Shown in pieces: positions 1 to 11,000 of a stretch of 64,000 bases of DNA. The stretch is from an uncultured Gammaproteobacteria bacterium (GTDB taxonomy: Bacteria; Patescibacteriota; Patescibacteriia; UBA1558; UBA10009). The translations under genes were made by a program, and so were the position numbers. The notes below the pieces were generated by a model. The model was not told the DNA's origin, did not search any database, and was given only the letters and a program-made list of their open reading frames with translations. The DNA is taken from assembly GCA_964588165.1 (NCBI GenBank), contig CAZPMS010000001.1:27303-91302 (forward strand), in the 5' to 3' direction. The stretch's first letter is position 1; each line of letters starts with the position of its first letter.

Positions 1-638
1 ATTTTAGTTGCCAAAAAGGCATTGGATGCGTACTTGATTAGCTCTGAAGTTTCTCTGGAAACAACCAGCTTATGAGTTTTTAATTTAGAAAATAAATTCA
101 TTACCTTATATCCAATAGACCGTTTGGTTGCGCCGACTACAAGCCTATCGGGATGGAAAAAATCATAAATAGCCCTGCCTTCCCTTAAAAATTCAGGACA
201 GGAAACGGCATGAAAAATCCTCCCATTTTTTTTGTTTAGAATCTTTTCCAACATTCTGCCAGTACCAACCGGAACAGTGCTCTTAGTGACCACTACTTTT
301 CCTGTCTTAGCATGCTTGTTAATATCGGCAGCTACTTTTTTTACATAGCTTAAATCTGCACTGCCGTCTTTTTTTGGTGGAGTTCCTACACAAATAAAAA
401 TAAAATTGGATTTATTTACAACATCGGCCAAGCTAGTTGTAAATTTTAGTCTACCGGCCTTAATATTTTTTTTAAGCAGCTTATTTAAGTCCGGCTCAAA
501 GAAGGGTGATTTTGCATCTCTTAATGATTCTACTTTTGCTTTATCGGTATCAACGCAAAAAACTTCATGCCCTAAATCGGCCAAGCCTACACCGCTTACT
601 AAACCCACGTAACCTGTGCCAATAATTGTAACTTTCAT
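1..638 (-). CDS. ugd: UDP-glucose 6-dehydrogenase, N-terminal part (gene runs off the window start)
   Basis: Minus-strand translation from ATG at 636-638 reads MKVTIIGTGYVGLVSGVGLADLGHEVFCVD...VVTKSTVPVGTG: Rossmann GxGxxG plus the STVP(V/P)GT motif of UDPG/GDP-Man dehydrogenases. The frame stays open to position 1. Confidence 0.85.
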   Translation of the reverse strand, partial: MKVTIIGTGYVGLVSGVGLADLGHEVFCVDTDKAKVESLRDAKSPFFEPDLNKLLKKNIKAGRLKFTTSLADVVNKSNFIFICVGTPPKKDGSADLSYVKKVAADINKHAKTGKVVVTKSTVPVGTGRMLEKILNKKNGRIFHAVSCPEFLREGRAIYDFFHPDRLVVGATKRSIGYKVMNLFSKLKTHKLVVSRETSELIKYASNAFLATK

Positions 639-640
639 AT

Positions 641-1585
641 TTATTTTATATTTAATCTTTGTTTAAAATCTTCTACAGTTTTTTTAATACCTTCCTCTAA
701 ATCAATTTTGGGCTGCCAGTTTAATTTTTCCTTTGCTCTAGTAATATCAGGTTTTCTCTTTACCGGATCATCTTTAGGTAAATCGTAGTGATCTATTTTA
801 CTTTTAGAACCGGTAAGCTTAATAACTTTTTTAGCTAACTCTTTCATGGTTATTTCATGGTCGGGATTTCCTAAATTAACCGGCCCAAAATAACTGTCCA
901 ATTCCATCATTTTAACCAGTCCCTCAACTAAATCATCTACATACATTAAACTCCTGGTTTGTTTACCCTCACCAGCTACGGTTAAATTTTCATTTTTAAG
1001 GCCTTGCTTAATAAAATTGGGCAAAGCACGGCCATCATTAAATTGCATTTTGGGGCCATAAGTATTAAAAATTCTGACTATTTTTGTGTTTAAGCCGTAT
1101 TTCTGCCTATAATCATAACACAGGGTTTCAGCACAACGCTTGCCTTCATCATAACAAGAACGAGGACCGATTGGATTAACATGTCCCCAATAATCTTCTT
1201 TTTGGGGATGGACTTTTGGGTCACCGTAGACTTCTGAAGTAGAAGCCTGAAGTATTTTTGCATCATACTTTTTAGCATAATCAAGCATATTAGCCATGCC
1301 TAAAACGTTTGTCCTTATTGTTTCTATAGGATCTTTTACATAGTGTATTGGTGAAGCAGGACAAGCCAAATTATAAATTTCATCAACCTTTCCCCTTTTA
1401 AACGGTTCAGAAATATCATGTTTTATAACACGAAAGTTTTTATCTTTCTTTAAATTTTTAATATTCTCCTTTGAGCCTGTAAAAAAATTATCTACGCAAA
1501 CAACTTCATTGCCGCCAGAAAGCAAATTTTCGCATAAATGGGAGCCGATGAATCCCGCTCCACCGGTTACTATTATCCTTTTCAT
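641..1585 (-). CDS. UDP-glucuronate decarboxylase (UDP-xylose synthase, UXS/ArnA-decarboxylase-like SDR)
   Basis: [16 protein letters not shown] and YDEGKR motifs; ~314 aa; lies directly downstream of ugd. Confidence 0.85.
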   Translation of the reverse strand: MKRIIVTGGAGFIGSHLCENLLSGGNEVVCVDNFFTGSKENIKNLKKDKNFRVIKHDISEPFKRGKVDEIYNLACPASPIHYVKDPIETIRTNVLGMANMLDYAKKYDAKILQASTSEVYGDPKVHPQKEDYWGHVNPIGPRSCYDEGKRCAETLCYDYRQKYGLNTKIVRIFNTYGPKMQFNDGRALPNFIKQGLKNENLTVAGEGKQTRSLMYVDDLVEGLVKMMELDSYFGPVNLGNPDHEITMKELAKKVIKLTGSKSKIDHYDLPKDDPVKRKPDITRAKEKLNWQPKIDLEEGIKKTVEDFKQRLNIK

Positions 1586-1588
1586 AAA

Positions 1589-2500
1589 TTATTTCTTAAA
1601 ACTGTCTATAGTTAATTTTGCTCCTTTGATAAGATCTTTTTTAGGCTGCCAGTTTAGCTCTTTTTTAGCTTTATTAATTTTTAAAACACTTCTCTTAACT
1701 TCGCCTTCAATAGAGGGCTTATGTTTTGCTTTTTTATCAGAAATTAATCCGGCAATAAGATGGTATAGCATGTTTATGGAAATTTCTTTACCTGTTCCAA
1801 TATTGTAAATCCCGGCGCCTTTTCTGATTGATTTAACTGCAGCCTCTACAACATCATCAACATATATAAAATCCCTTGTTTGGCGGCCGGTACCGTTTAT
1901 ATAACACTGCTGTTTTTTAAGAAGTTTACTTATAAAAATTGCAATCACACCGGCCTCTCCCAGCGGATCCTGCCTGGGTCCATATACATTACTAAGCCTT
2001 AAAGAAACATAATTAAGTTTTTTTACTTTCCCGTAATAGTTGTTTAAATAATTATCAATAGTTAGCTTAGTAAGGCCATAGGGTGAATCAGGTTTGGCTA
2101 AAGTTTTTTCTGAAGATGGAATTTCCTTGGCTTCCCCATAAATTGCGCCGCCGGTAGAAACAAAAATAAATTTTTTAGTTTTAACCCTTAAGCAATTTTC
2201 AATAACTTTTAAAGATCCCCAAATGTTATTAGATGCATCATCTAAGGGAAATTTTAAAGAATAAGGAACACTTTTTTGGGCAGCCAGATGGAAAACGACT
2301 TCGGGTTTTTCTTTACTAAAAACTTCTTTTAATTTTGGCTTGGTAATATCTACTTTATAGAATTTAGCTTTTTTATTAACATATTTCTTTTTACCATAAG
2401 AAAGGTTATCTACCACAACAACTTTATGTTTTTTTGCTATTAACTTATCAACCAAATGAGAGCCGATAAAGCCGGCTCCCCCAGTAACTAATATTTTCAT
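1589..2500 (-). CDS. NAD-dependent nucleotide-sugar epimerase/dehydratase (GalE-like, short form)
   Basis: N-terminal [11 protein letters not shown] Rossmann, YxxxK-type SDR core; 303 aa. Confidence 0.7.
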   Translation of the reverse strand: MKILVTGGAGFIGSHLVDKLIAKKHKVVVVDNLSYGKKKYVNKKAKFYKVDITKPKLKEVFSKEKPEVVFHLAAQKSVPYSLKFPLDDASNNIWGSLKVIENCLRVKTKKFIFVSTGGAIYGEAKEIPSSEKTLAKPDSPYGLTKLTIDNYLNNYYGKVKKLNYVSLRLSNVYGPRQDPLGEAGVIAIFISKLLKKQQCYINGTGRQTRDFIYVDDVVEAAVKSIRKGAGIYNIGTGKEISINMLYHLIAGLISDKKAKHKPSIEGEVKRSVLKINKAKKELNWQPKKDLIKGAKLTIDSFKK

Positions 2501-2501
2501 A

Positions 2502-3656
2502 TTATAAATATTTTTTTAAGACATTTACCTTGTCGGTTTTTTCCCAGGTAAATTCCGGTTCGTTCCTGCCAAAATGGCCATAGGCGGCTGTTTTTCTGTA
2601 AATTGGCCTTTTAAGTTTTAAGTGCTTAATAATTTCTGCAGGTTTTAAGGGGAAGTGTTTTCTAACTATTTTTTCTATTTTAGTATCTGCAATTTTCCCA
2701 GTGCCAAAAGTTTGGACCAAAATACTTGTAGGTTCTGCCCTACCAATTACATAAGAAAGTTGAACTTCGCATTTATCTGCCAGTTTGGCGGCTACAATAT
2801 TTTTAGCGATATATCTAGCCATATATGAAGCGCTTCTATCCACTTTAGACGGGCATTTTCCAGAAAAACAACCGCCACCGTGGCTGCCATGTCCACCGTA
2901 AGTATCCACAATAATTTTTCTGCCTGTTAAGCCGGCGTCTGCAGGAGGACCGCCTTTTATAAATTTACCTGTAGCATTAATGAAATACTTGGTTTTTTTA
3001 TCCAAATATTTACCTGCAATAGGTTTTACAACATATTTAATAATATCCTTGGCAACTTTTTGTTCAGAAACTGATTCATCATGCTGGGTGGCAACAACGA
3101 CAGTATCTATCCTAGTAGGCTTACCATTAATATATTCAACAGCAACTTGGGTTTTACCGTCTGGCCTTAAATATTTTAGAGTTCTATTTTTCCTAACAGT
3201 GGCCAATTTTTTAGCCATTTTATGTGCCAAAATTATAGGCAAAGGCATTAATTCTTTTGTTTCCCTGCAAGCATATCCAAACATAAGGCCTTGGTCTCCT
3301 GCGCCCTGTTCCTTGTATTTGCCTTTTCCTTTATCTACTCCTTGGGCAATATCAGCTGATTGTTCGTCTATGGCCACAATCACCCCAACATCATCTCCAG
3401 AAAAACCGTAATTGCCATTATCATATCCGATTTCTTTAATAACCCGCCTTGCAGTACCAGCAATATCAACATAGCCCTTGGTTCTAATTTCACCGCCAAC
3501 CACAACCAAGCCAGTGGTAGCAAAACATTCAATGCCGCCTCTGGTTTCTTTATCTTGCCTAAGAAGTTCATCTAAAATTTCATCAGAAATTTGATCACAG
3601 ATCTTATCGGGATGGCCTTCGGTTACAGATTCCGAAGTAAAAATATATTTATTCAT
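2502..3656 (-). CDS. metK: S-adenosylmethionine synthetase
   Basis: [19 protein letters not shown]-terminus, GGGAFSGKD-like P-loop, 384 aa. Confidence 0.95.
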   Translation of the reverse strand: MNKYIFTSESVTEGHPDKICDQISDEILDELLRQDKETRGGIECFATTGLVVVGGEIRTKGYVDIAGTARRVIKEIGYDNGNYGFSGDDVGVIVAIDEQSADIAQGVDKGKGKYKEQGAGDQGLMFGYACRETKELMPLPIILAHKMAKKLATVRKNRTLKYLRPDGKTQVAVEYINGKPTRIDTVVVATQHDESVSEQKVAKDIIKYVVKPIAGKYLDKKTKYFINATGKFIKGGPPADAGLTGRKIIVDTYGGHGSHGGGCFSGKCPSKVDRSASYMARYIAKNIVAAKLADKCEVQLSYVIGRAEPTSILVQTFGTGKIADTKIEKIVRKHFPLKPAEIIKHLKLKRPIYRKTAAYGHFGRNEPEFTWEKTDKVNVLKKYL

Positions 3657-4695
3657 GATTATTGTTTACTAAATTAGTTAATAATTGCTTGTGTGCCCTG
3701 GTATATTCTAATGTTTTATTTAAACCGTTTTCCAGGCTCACCAAAGGATACCAGCCCAGTTTTGATTTAGCCAGACCAATATCAGGCAAAACCAGAGGTG
3801 TAATAAAATCAAGCGACTTTTTATGGACAATCTTTGATTTTGATTGGACCATAGTAATAATTTTTTCGGCTACCTCGGTTAAAGAAACATCCATATTGCT
3901 TCCTAGATTCATAGGTTTATTGTAGTCGCTTTTCATTAATTTAATTAAGCCATCAACAATATCGCTAACATAACAAAGTGAGGTAGAAAACTTTTTATCA
4001 CCGTAAATAACTAAATCCTTATCATCGAGCGCATTTAAAATAAAATCCGATATCATCTGCCCATCATTAAGTGCAAGCCTTGGTCCGTAAGTCCTAAAAA
4101 TTCTGGCAACTTTAAAATCCTTTTTATAAAAATCATTATAAGTAGAAAGCATAGTTTCTGCAAAACGTTTGCCTTCGTCATAACATGCCCTAGGGCTTTT
4201 AAAATCTACAACTCCACGGTAATCCTCTTTAACATATTTATTAGAAGTCCTAGGTCCATAAACAACTGCAGAGGATGCGTGGATTAATTTTGAACCATAT
4301 TTTAAGGCTAAATCCAAAACGTTTTTTATAGCCACAGAGTTCGCTTTAGATGTATCAACCACCAGTTTGTTAAAATTTTTAGCTGAAGTGGGGCAGGCTA
4401 AATTATATATTTCAGAAATTCCAAAAACATTTATTTGAAACTTTTTTAACTCTGCCATGGCTTCAAAATCAATCTTTTCAGATAAATCATGTTTTATAAA
4501 GACAAAATTAGGGTTTTGCATTAAAAACCGTATATTCTCTACTTTGCTGGTTACAAAAGTGTCTAAACAAATTACATTATTATTTTTAACCAGCCTTTCG
4601 CACAAATGAGAGCCTATAAAACCGGCTCCTCCGGTGATAAGGATATTTTTTCTTTTAGTTGATTTTTTTTGATTTTTTTTAGTAAGGCCAAACAT
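3649..4695 (-). CDS. NAD-dependent epimerase/dehydratase, divergent UXS-like paralog with Lys-rich N-terminal tail
   Basis: [16 protein letters not shown] and YDEGKR motifs; second UXS-like copy in the locus. Confidence 0.7.
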   Translation of the reverse strand: MFGLTKKNQKKSTKRKNILITGGAGFIGSHLCERLVKNNNVICLDTFVTSKVENIRFLMQNPNFVFIKHDLSEKIDFEAMAELKKFQINVFGISEIYNLACPTSAKNFNKLVVDTSKANSVAIKNVLDLALKYGSKLIHASSAVVYGPRTSNKYVKEDYRGVVDFKSPRACYDEGKRFAETMLSTYNDFYKKDFKVARIFRTYGPRLALNDGQMISDFILNALDDKDLVIYGDKKFSTSLCYVSDIVDGLIKLMKSDYNKPMNLGSNMDVSLTEVAEKIITMVQSKSKIVHKKSLDFITPLVLPDIGLAKSKLGWYPLVSLENGLNKTLEYTRAHKQLLTNLVNNNHE

Positions 4696-4704
4696 ATATT
4701 TTTA

Positions 4705-5391
4705 TTAAATATTTAATCGAATTTTAATAAGTTCAAAAAAGAATTTAGGATAACAATTAAGGCTAAATTTTGAATGGGAATCATTTTTCCATACAATGGG
4801 ATACTCCAAAACCTTTAAACCTTTCTTTTTCGCTCTAAGCAGCAGCTCAACATCAAATGCCCAACCTTGATTATTAAGCTCCTTAAATAACTGCACAGCC
4901 TTGGCATCAAACAACTTAAATCCGCATTGAGTATCATTAATCTTTAAACCTGTTATTATTTTAATTAATTTATTGCCTAATTTACCAAATAGTTCTTTCC
5001 AAACAGGCTGATGAACCACAATTTGTGATTTTTTTAAAGCCCTGGAGCCTATTATAATATTATTCTGGCTGATTTTAGGTAAAAACTTACTAATTTCTGA
5101 AATATTTGTAGAATTATCAGCGTCCATGAATAAAATAAGGTCTCCATTGGAATTACTAACACCGGTTTTAACGGCTGCGCCTTTACCCTTATTTTTTGTA
5201 TGGGAAATTAATCTAAGTGCTGGGTGGCTTATTTGATTAACTATGGAAACTGTTTTATCAGCACTGCCATCATTTACCACAATAACCTCATATTCAAAAT
5301 CCTTTTTTTCTAAAAAAAATAAAACATCTTTAAGTGTGGACAAAATACAATATTCTTCATTAAATGCCGGTATAATTATACTTAATTTCAT
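4705..5391 (-). CDS. GT2 family glycosyltransferase (dolichol/polyprenol-phosphate hexosyltransferase-like)
   Basis: LSIIIPAFNEE...VNDGSADKT and DADNS (DXD) motifs. Confidence 0.8.
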   Translation of the reverse strand: MKLSIIIPAFNEEYCILSTLKDVLFFLEKKDFEYEVIVVNDGSADKTVSIVNQISHPALRLISHTKNKGKGAAVKTGVSNSNGDLILFMDADNSTNISEISKFLPKISQNNIIIGSRALKKSQIVVHQPVWKELFGKLGNKLIKIITGLKINDTQCGFKLFDAKAVQLFKELNNQGWAFDVELLLRAKKKGLKVLEYPIVWKNDSHSKFSLNCYPKFFFELIKIRLNI

Positions 5392-5442
5392 ATAGAGAAC
5401 TTGAGATATTATAACCAGTTTAGGTTATTTTGACAAGTCAAG

Positions 5443-5904
5443 TTAAGTTTTAAAAACTAAAAATTTATTAAGAAAAAAATTAGAAATAACACTTAAAATT
5501 AAAACTATAATTTTTGCGTAAATATCAAAAATTCCCAGCTGGGTAACTAAAAAATAGAGAGATATTTCTACCAGAGCCAGAGTAAAAACACTCACTGCCA
5601 AAAATTTAATATATTGAAAAGTAGCTTTGGCCTTATTGTTAAATGTCCAACGCTTGTTTAGGTAAAAACTATTAGTTGCCGCAACTATAAATGCAATTGC
5701 ATTGGCTAAAAGATAATTTTCTAAAAACCATGGGAATACCCTTGTTAAGGCAAAATATATCAAAAAATCTATTAGTGTATTCAATATTCCTACCAAAGAA
5801 AATTTTATAAATTGCCTAAAAGAAGGAAATTTTAAAAAACTTTTTACTATCCATCTGTTAGACAAAAAATTTTTAATTAAAACAAACCAAGAAAGACTAC
5901 TCAT
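5443..5904 (-). CDS. GtrA-family membrane protein (polysaccharide synthesis/translocation accessory)
   Basis: 153 aa, 4 TM, FIKFSLVGILNTLIDFLIYF signature; overlaps the downstream GT2 operon-style. Confidence 0.8.
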   Translation of the reverse strand: MSSLSWFVLIKNFLSNRWIVKSFLKFPSFRQFIKFSLVGILNTLIDFLIYFALTRVFPWFLENYLLANAIAFIVAATNSFYLNKRWTFNNKAKATFQYIKFLAVSVFTLALVEISLYFLVTQLGIFDIYAKIIVLILSVISNFFLNKFLVFKT

Positions 5905-7955
5905 TTAATAGAAAGATTAATGCCGCCTGTAAAGTTGTTATCAATTGCGTTGAATTTATTTTTTAATTGGCCATCTATAGTGAATATTTTTGTAACTGTT
6001 TGATTATCCAAAACATTACTGACAATAACCTCCGGCTCACCATCAAAATCTACATCACCTACTGCCAGGTCGGCTTTATTGCTTTCTTCTTCTGTCCAAG
6101 CATTCCATTGGCTAAGCAGATCACCTGAAGTTGAAAAAATTCTAACTAAAGCATCGTGTTCATTTCTTGGAAAAGTTATTATCTCCGTTCGGCTATCGCT
6201 AAAAACATCATAAGCTGCAGCTTTTAAGCCACCGTCAAATCTTTGTTCGTAAGCATTAAAACTGCTTAAAAGAGTCCCCATTTTATTAAATATTTTAACC
6301 TCAGGGTTTATTACACCCATTGGCGAAGTAACAATTTCCATAATACCATCAGCATTTATATCACTTAATGACAAATTTACGCCGACAATTCTGCTATAAG
6401 AGGTAAAATTTGATTCAAACTGACCAGCCAGATTAAAAACCTTTATTAAAGGAATTTTGCCACCGCGAGGCGCCGTGATAATTTCAATTTCACCATCTCC
6501 ATCAATATCACCAGCAACAACATTAACTCCGCCGTCATACATAAGCTCATAAGCAAAAAACTGATTTAATATATTACCATTCTGGTCAAAAACTCTTACA
6601 TGGGGCCCTCCGCCATGGCCGGCGCCGGTAATAATCTCATTTATTCCATCATTATTAAAATCAGCAGACGCCAAACTAACTCCGCCTTTAAAATTTTCTG
6701 AATAGGCTAAAAATTCCGATTGGCTACTGCCTAGACTGTTAAATGTAATAACTGAAGGTTTATAACTTCCCATTGGGGAAACCAATAAACTTGCCATGGC
6801 TGCATTTCCTCCGGCAGCTTTTAAAGTATTTTCTATATTTAGCCGACCAGAGCCCAATAAATCCCGGTAGTTCGGATTCTGATCATTAATATCATCAGCA
6901 TTTTCCATAATTAATTCATAAATTTCGGTATTGGATAAATCCGGTCTGATATTTTTAATTAAGGCAGCTGTACCGGATACCAATGGTACAGACAATGAAG
7001 TGCCATTCCAATAACCACCAAAGTACTTGTTATAACCAGGAATAACCGGTGAAAAATAAGTTAGCCCCCAAAAGCCTTCACCAGGAGCTACAATATCTAT
7101 ACATTCAGAACCATAGTTAGAAAATTTTGATTTAACGTCATTTGAGTCTACTGCTCCAACGCCTAAAACATAATTATTGTCCTCTGCTCCATCATGACAA
7201 ATAGGATACTGTGGATAAGCAGCCAAATCCAAACTAACATCAGAATCGCCTTTGGTAGTTTCGTTGCCCGCAGCTGCTACAATAACTATCCCCTGGTCAT
7301 AAGCCTCTTTAATAATTTGATTCAGTAAAGGATCAAATAGTTCGCCGACCATGCTTAAGTTAATAATATCCACATCTTTATTCATAGCATATTTAATTGC
7401 CTGATAAACAAGGCTAGTTGCTCCGCTGCCAGAACCATCTATTACTTTAAGAGGCATTATTTTGACATTCCAAGAAATACCCGTAATTCCAAAATTATTA
7501 TTGCCAACGGCACCGATAATACCAGAAACAACTGTTCCGTGGTTAATCCCTATATTAGTGTAGCTGCCACCAAATTTTGGACGGGGGTCTGGACTATTTA
7601 AAACAAAATCCCAACCGGTTATATCATCAATATAACCATTATTATCATTATCAATACCATCTTTTATTTCGCTTGCGTTTTTCCAGATATTACCCACTAA
7701 ATCGGGGTGTTCTATATCCACTCCACTATCAATAACGGCAACTACTACTTCGGGGCTTCGTGAACTAATATCCCAGGCTTCTTTGGCACTAATATTATCT
7801 AAATAATCTTGGTAAAGTAAATTATTGTCATTTGGAATTAAACTAACATCAAAATTGCTGGTATTTTGAGCTAGAATATTTTTTAAACCGAATGTTAAAA
7901 CAAAAAAAATTACTATAATAAAAATAATTTTTCTAAAGATATTAGACTTTTGCAT
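5901..7955 (-). CDS. Secreted subtilisin-like (S8) serine peptidase with C-terminal FG-GAP/VCBS-like repeats
   Basis: Signal peptide; catalytic D (VIDSGVDIEHPD), H (HGTVVSGI), S (GTSLSVPLVSGTAAL); then repeated DxDGDGxxEIIT/FNNDGINEI motifs. Confidence 0.85.
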   Translation of the reverse strand: MQKSNIFRKIIFIIVIFFVLTFGLKNILAQNTSNFDVSLIPNDNNLLYQDYLDNISAKEAWDISSRSPEVVVAVIDSGVDIEHPDLVGNIWKNASEIKDGIDNDNNGYIDDITGWDFVLNSPDPRPKFGGSYTNIGINHGTVVSGIIGAVGNNNFGITGISWNVKIMPLKVIDGSGSGATSLVYQAIKYAMNKDVDIINLSMVGELFDPLLNQIIKEAYDQGIVIVAAAGNETTKGDSDVSLDLAAYPQYPICHDGAEDNNYVLGVGAVDSNDVKSKFSNYGSECIDIVAPGEGFWGLTYFSPVIPGYNKYFGGYWNGTSLSVPLVSGTAALIKNIRPDLSNTEIYELIMENADDINDQNPNYRDLLGSGRLNIENTLKAAGGNAAMASLLVSPMGSYKPSVITFNSLGSSQSEFLAYSENFKGGVSLASADFNNDGINEIITGAGHGGGPHVRVFDQNGNILNQFFAYELMYDGGVNVVAGDIDGDGEIEIITAPRGGKIPLIKVFNLAGQFESNFTSYSRIVGVNLSLSDINADGIMEIVTSPMGVINPEVKIFNKMGTLLSSFNAYEQRFDGGLKAAAYDVFSDSRTEIITFPRNEHDALVRIFSTSGDLLSQWNAWTEEESNKADLAVGDVDFDGEPEVIVSNVLDNQTVTKIFTIDGQLKNKFNAIDNNFTGGINLSIK

Positions 7956-7962
7956 AAAATGG

Positions 7963-8655
7963 CTAATTTATTAAATTTTCCAATTCCTCTATTTTCTTTT
8001 GTGCATTTTTTCTACTGGCAGGCTCAACATGGGGATGCTCAACATAATTATTTAAATAAAGTATGGCTTCTGAATAATTTTTAATATCTTCTAAATAAAC
8101 TGTAAAATGATAAAGTAGCTGAAAATCATTACCAGTTTTATCTAAACCCTCCAGATAAACTGATCTTACCTGGTCTTGTTTTTCCTTTAAATAATTTTTA
8201 TACAATTTTGCCAAATTATAATATGAGAGATAATAATTATCCCGTATATCCATAGCCTTTAAAAAAGCTTCTTCAGCTTCATAATACATACCTAATTGAA
8301 TGTATAAGTTGCCCATATTCAACCATGGTGTAGAGTTGGTTGGTATGAGCTCCCAGGCATGAGTGTAATATTCAATTGCCTGTGAAGCATTGCCTAAAGA
8401 TCTTTCTATATTTCCAAGGTCTAAATAGATTGAATAGTCGTTTGGGAATAATTCTAAGTACTCAAAATTATTTTTTATCCTTTCATTGTATTTACTAATT
8501 TGCTCATCTGATAAATTTACTTCTAAAAATAATTTATCTTCTTTAAACAAATTAAACTGAGTTATAATTAAATAGATGGCAATAATTAAAACTATTAAGG
8601 CTATAAATACAAAATATAATTTCTTATTCATTGCTAGTTTCATTTTCTTGTTCAA
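7963..8655 (-). CDS. TPR-repeat protein with N-terminal membrane anchor
   Basis: N-terminal TM (LYFVFIALIVLIIAIYLII) followed by Y/L/A-rich 34-aa-type repeats (AIEYYTHAWEL..., GMYYEAEEAFLKA...). Confidence 0.7.
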   Translation of the reverse strand: MNKKMKLAMNKKLYFVFIALIVLIIAIYLIITQFNLFKEDKLFLEVNLSDEQISKYNERIKNNFEYLELFPNDYSIYLDLGNIERSLGNASQAIEYYTHAWELIPTNSTPWLNMGNLYIQLGMYYEAEEAFLKAMDIRDNYYLSYYNLAKLYKNYLKEKQDQVRSVYLEGLDKTGNDFQLLYHFTVYLEDIKNYSEAILYLNNYVEHPHVEPASRKNAQKKIEELENLIN

Positions 8656-10906
8656 TTAATTTTAAAATATTTTGGTATTTATCATAGGCTCTACTGGAAT
8701 AAGATGGTATTACCTCTGCTGCACGTAGTAAAACTTTTAGAGCTTTATCATATTGCTTATCTACTGTTAAAAGATCGGCATACTTATCCCAATTATTTGG
8801 TTCATATGGTTCTAAAATGGTCATTTGTCCCACTAAAAAAATTAATCTTTTAATATCCTCATTATTATCGTAATGCGCTATAACATCAGTAATTTGGCTT
8901 AAGGTAAAAAATTCAAGCTCTTTATCTATTATTTTGTCATATTCCTCGTAAAATTTTTCATCATTATCGGTGCTCTTATAAATAACAGCTTTATAATAAT
9001 GGGTTTCAGGAATATTGCTGTTAAGTTCAACTGCTTTATCTAGCTTCTCCAAAGCAACTTCTGGTTGGCCGCCAAATAAATAAATTTGAGCCATTAACCA
9101 ATATGGCCTTATTCTATCAGGACTTAGCTCATGGGCTTTTTCAGCGTATTCAATGCCTTTGTATAAATATTCGGAATCTCCTGTAAATTCGGCAAGTGAA
9201 GAATAGTTTTTTGCCTGAAGATAATAAAGGAACATATTGTTTTGATCATACTCTATGGCTTCATTCATCCAATCAACTGCCTGTTTTATATCTTTTATTT
9301 TGGTTTCTTTGGGAATATTTATACCTTGTGCAATATACTCATTTAGATTTGAAGAATAAACCACTGCCGTATCAAATTTGTTTATTGATATAGCTTTTGC
9401 CTGTTCATAATTTTTAACCATATCTTCATATTCATTGTTTACTCTAGAAACATATGCCCCATAAACGAAATCATTTGCTTTGATTTCGTTAACGTTTACC
9501 GTATAAATAAGTAGGCCGATTAAAACAGATATAATTGGTAAAGTAATTATCAACGGAACGGAAAAAGATTTTTTTTCTTTTATTTCCAGCTGATCTTTGT
9601 CCTTTTGAGTTTTTATAGAAAGAAAATGTATATAAGCCAACAAAAGGAAAAAAACAATATATGTATTTAAAGAGTCAAATACAAACATATTTTGAACGAA
9701 ATATGAAAAGAAAAGCAAAATTAAAACCATAAATGTAATTGGAGAGATAAAACCTTTCTTTTTAAATTCAAATAGATAATATATTACTGATCCAAATATA
9801 AATAAATAAAACAAAAAGCCGAAAATTCCTAAAGTGGCTGCCTGATCAACTAAAGTATTATGCGCCCTATCAAACCAAATTTCATTTTTAGAATAATCAT
9901 AAAAATCTGCTTCAAAATATTTATTAAAAACAATCTGAAAATTTTCCGGTCCCACACCAATCAATAAATTATCTCTAAAGCCCTTTATTCCCCAAGACCA
10001 GGAATGTAGCCTAGTTTGGATGGTATTATCCTCCAAGGAAAAACCTGTTACACGCCTTAGTAAGTAATTTTCTTTAACAAAGTCTGCATCCTTAAATGAA
10101 AACAGCACCCCCAGGCTGATCATTAACATCAAAAAAATACCAATAAGAACTTTAATTGATTTTTTCTTCCAATTTCCCTGCCAAAAAACTAAAACTAAAA
10201 ATCCTATAACAGAAGCAAATAAAGCCAGCAGGGCTCCCCTGGTTCCGGTTAAAAAGAGGACAAATAAATCAATCAAGGCAATAGCCAAATAATAAATTTT
10301 CCAGTTCCAGGCTTTTTTTTCCGCAAAAAAGAACAATGCCAAAAAAATATGCAACAACATATAACTGGCTAAAAATGAAGCATTGCCCAAGGTGCCATTA
10401 ACTCTTTCTAAGCCGGTTTGCAATATAAAAGAAAAACCAAGCCTTTGAGCAATGGAATATAAGCCGATTAAAAGGCTGGCTATAAGAGACGAATTTAACA
10501 GGCGGTTCCAATATTTTACTTTTTTAAAAACTGATATTAAAGCTATGAACCATACAAAATAATGAAGCACATTAAACGTACCTAAAGACCTTTCCCAATT
10601 TCCCCACCAGCTTCTTAAAAAACTTTGGCTGGTAAAGGTACTAATGATTATGACTGCAAAGTAACCTAAAACAGTCCAAAGAACCAAAGATTTTTTAGGA
10701 CGATATTCCGGCTTCCATAAAGCCAAAATTAAATAAGCGCCAAAAATAAATTCAATTAATATCCTAAGATAGACGGTTTTTTGGATGATATAAGGAAAGT
10801 ATGATTGAGGCACTACAATTAAGGGTACAAAAACCACCAAAAAACTACCCAATATTACAATATATTTGAGGCCTTTTTCTAAAATTTGATTAGTTGGATT
10901 TTGCAT
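8624..10906 (-). CDS. O-antigen ligase (Wzy_C) family polytopic membrane protein fused to C-terminal TPR repeats
   Basis: ~12 TM segments, LTGTRGALLALFASV ligase-type motif, then soluble TPR-like C-terminal half (AIEYDQNNMFLYYLQAKNY...). Confidence 0.75.
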   Translation of the reverse strand: MQNPTNQILEKGLKYIVILGSFLVVFVPLIVVPQSYFPYIIQKTVYLRILIEFIFGAYLILALWKPEYRPKKSLVLWTVLGYFAVIIISTFTSQSFLRSWWGNWERSLGTFNVLHYFVWFIALISVFKKVKYWNRLLNSSLIASLLIGLYSIAQRLGFSFILQTGLERVNGTLGNASFLASYMLLHIFLALFFFAEKKAWNWKIYYLAIALIDLFVLFLTGTRGALLALFASVIGFLVLVFWQGNWKKKSIKVLIGIFLMLMISLGVLFSFKDADFVKENYLLRRVTGFSLEDNTIQTRLHSWSWGIKGFRDNLLIGVGPENFQIVFNKYFEADFYDYSKNEIWFDRAHNTLVDQAATLGIFGFLFYLFIFGSVIYYLFEFKKKGFISPITFMVLILLFFSYFVQNMFVFDSLNTYIVFFLLLAYIHFLSIKTQKDKDQLEIKEKKSFSVPLIITLPIISVLIGLLIYTVNVNEIKANDFVYGAYVSRVNNEYEDMVKNYEQAKAISINKFDTAVVYSSNLNEYIAQGINIPKETKIKDIKQAVDWMNEAIEYDQNNMFLYYLQAKNYSSLAEFTGDSEYLYKGIEYAEKAHELSPDRIRPYWLMAQIYLFGGQPEVALEKLDKAVELNSNIPETHYYKAVIYKSTDNDEKFYEEYDKIIDKELEFFTLSQITDVIAHYDNNEDIKRLIFLVGQMTILEPYEPNNWDKYADLLTVDKQYDKALKVLLRAAEVIPSYSSRAYDKYQNILKLIEQENETSNE

Positions 10907-10963
10907 AAATAATACAAAAAGTATAACGGATTCTCGCCTTTTTTACAAGCATCTAACAGCCCC

Positions 10964-10991
10964 TTGAAAAATAAGCAAAAAATACTATAAT
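10964..10991 (+). promoter_or_regulatory. sigma70-like promoter TTGAAA-16-TATAAT ending 9 nt before the ATG (near-leaderless transcript)
   Basis: TTGAAA at 10964-10969, TATAAT at 10986-10991, ATG at 11001; divergent from the ligase gene. Confidence 0.5.
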
Positions 10992-11000
10992 TAAGCTTGT

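Noticed and set aside
406-612. ORF 406-612 (+) 68 aa
   Set aside because: Antisense to the ugd N-terminal coding region (minus strand 1-638), which has a strong Rossmann/UDPGDH signature.
1090-1808. Track ORFs 1090-1284 (-), 1509-1808 (+) and similar 60-140-aa ORFs lying antisense or overlapping inside well-supported genes (e.g. 2980-3411, 3360-3575, 9196-9393, 11441-12046, 14752-14946, 17699-17995, 30484-31147, 35014-35394, 38677-39166, 51050-51817, 53707-53982, 61537-62204)
   Set aside because: They are entirely contained within, or antisense to, long ORFs with clear family signatures. They are low-complexity, lack RBS or promoter support, and are typical shadow ORFs in an AT-rich genome.
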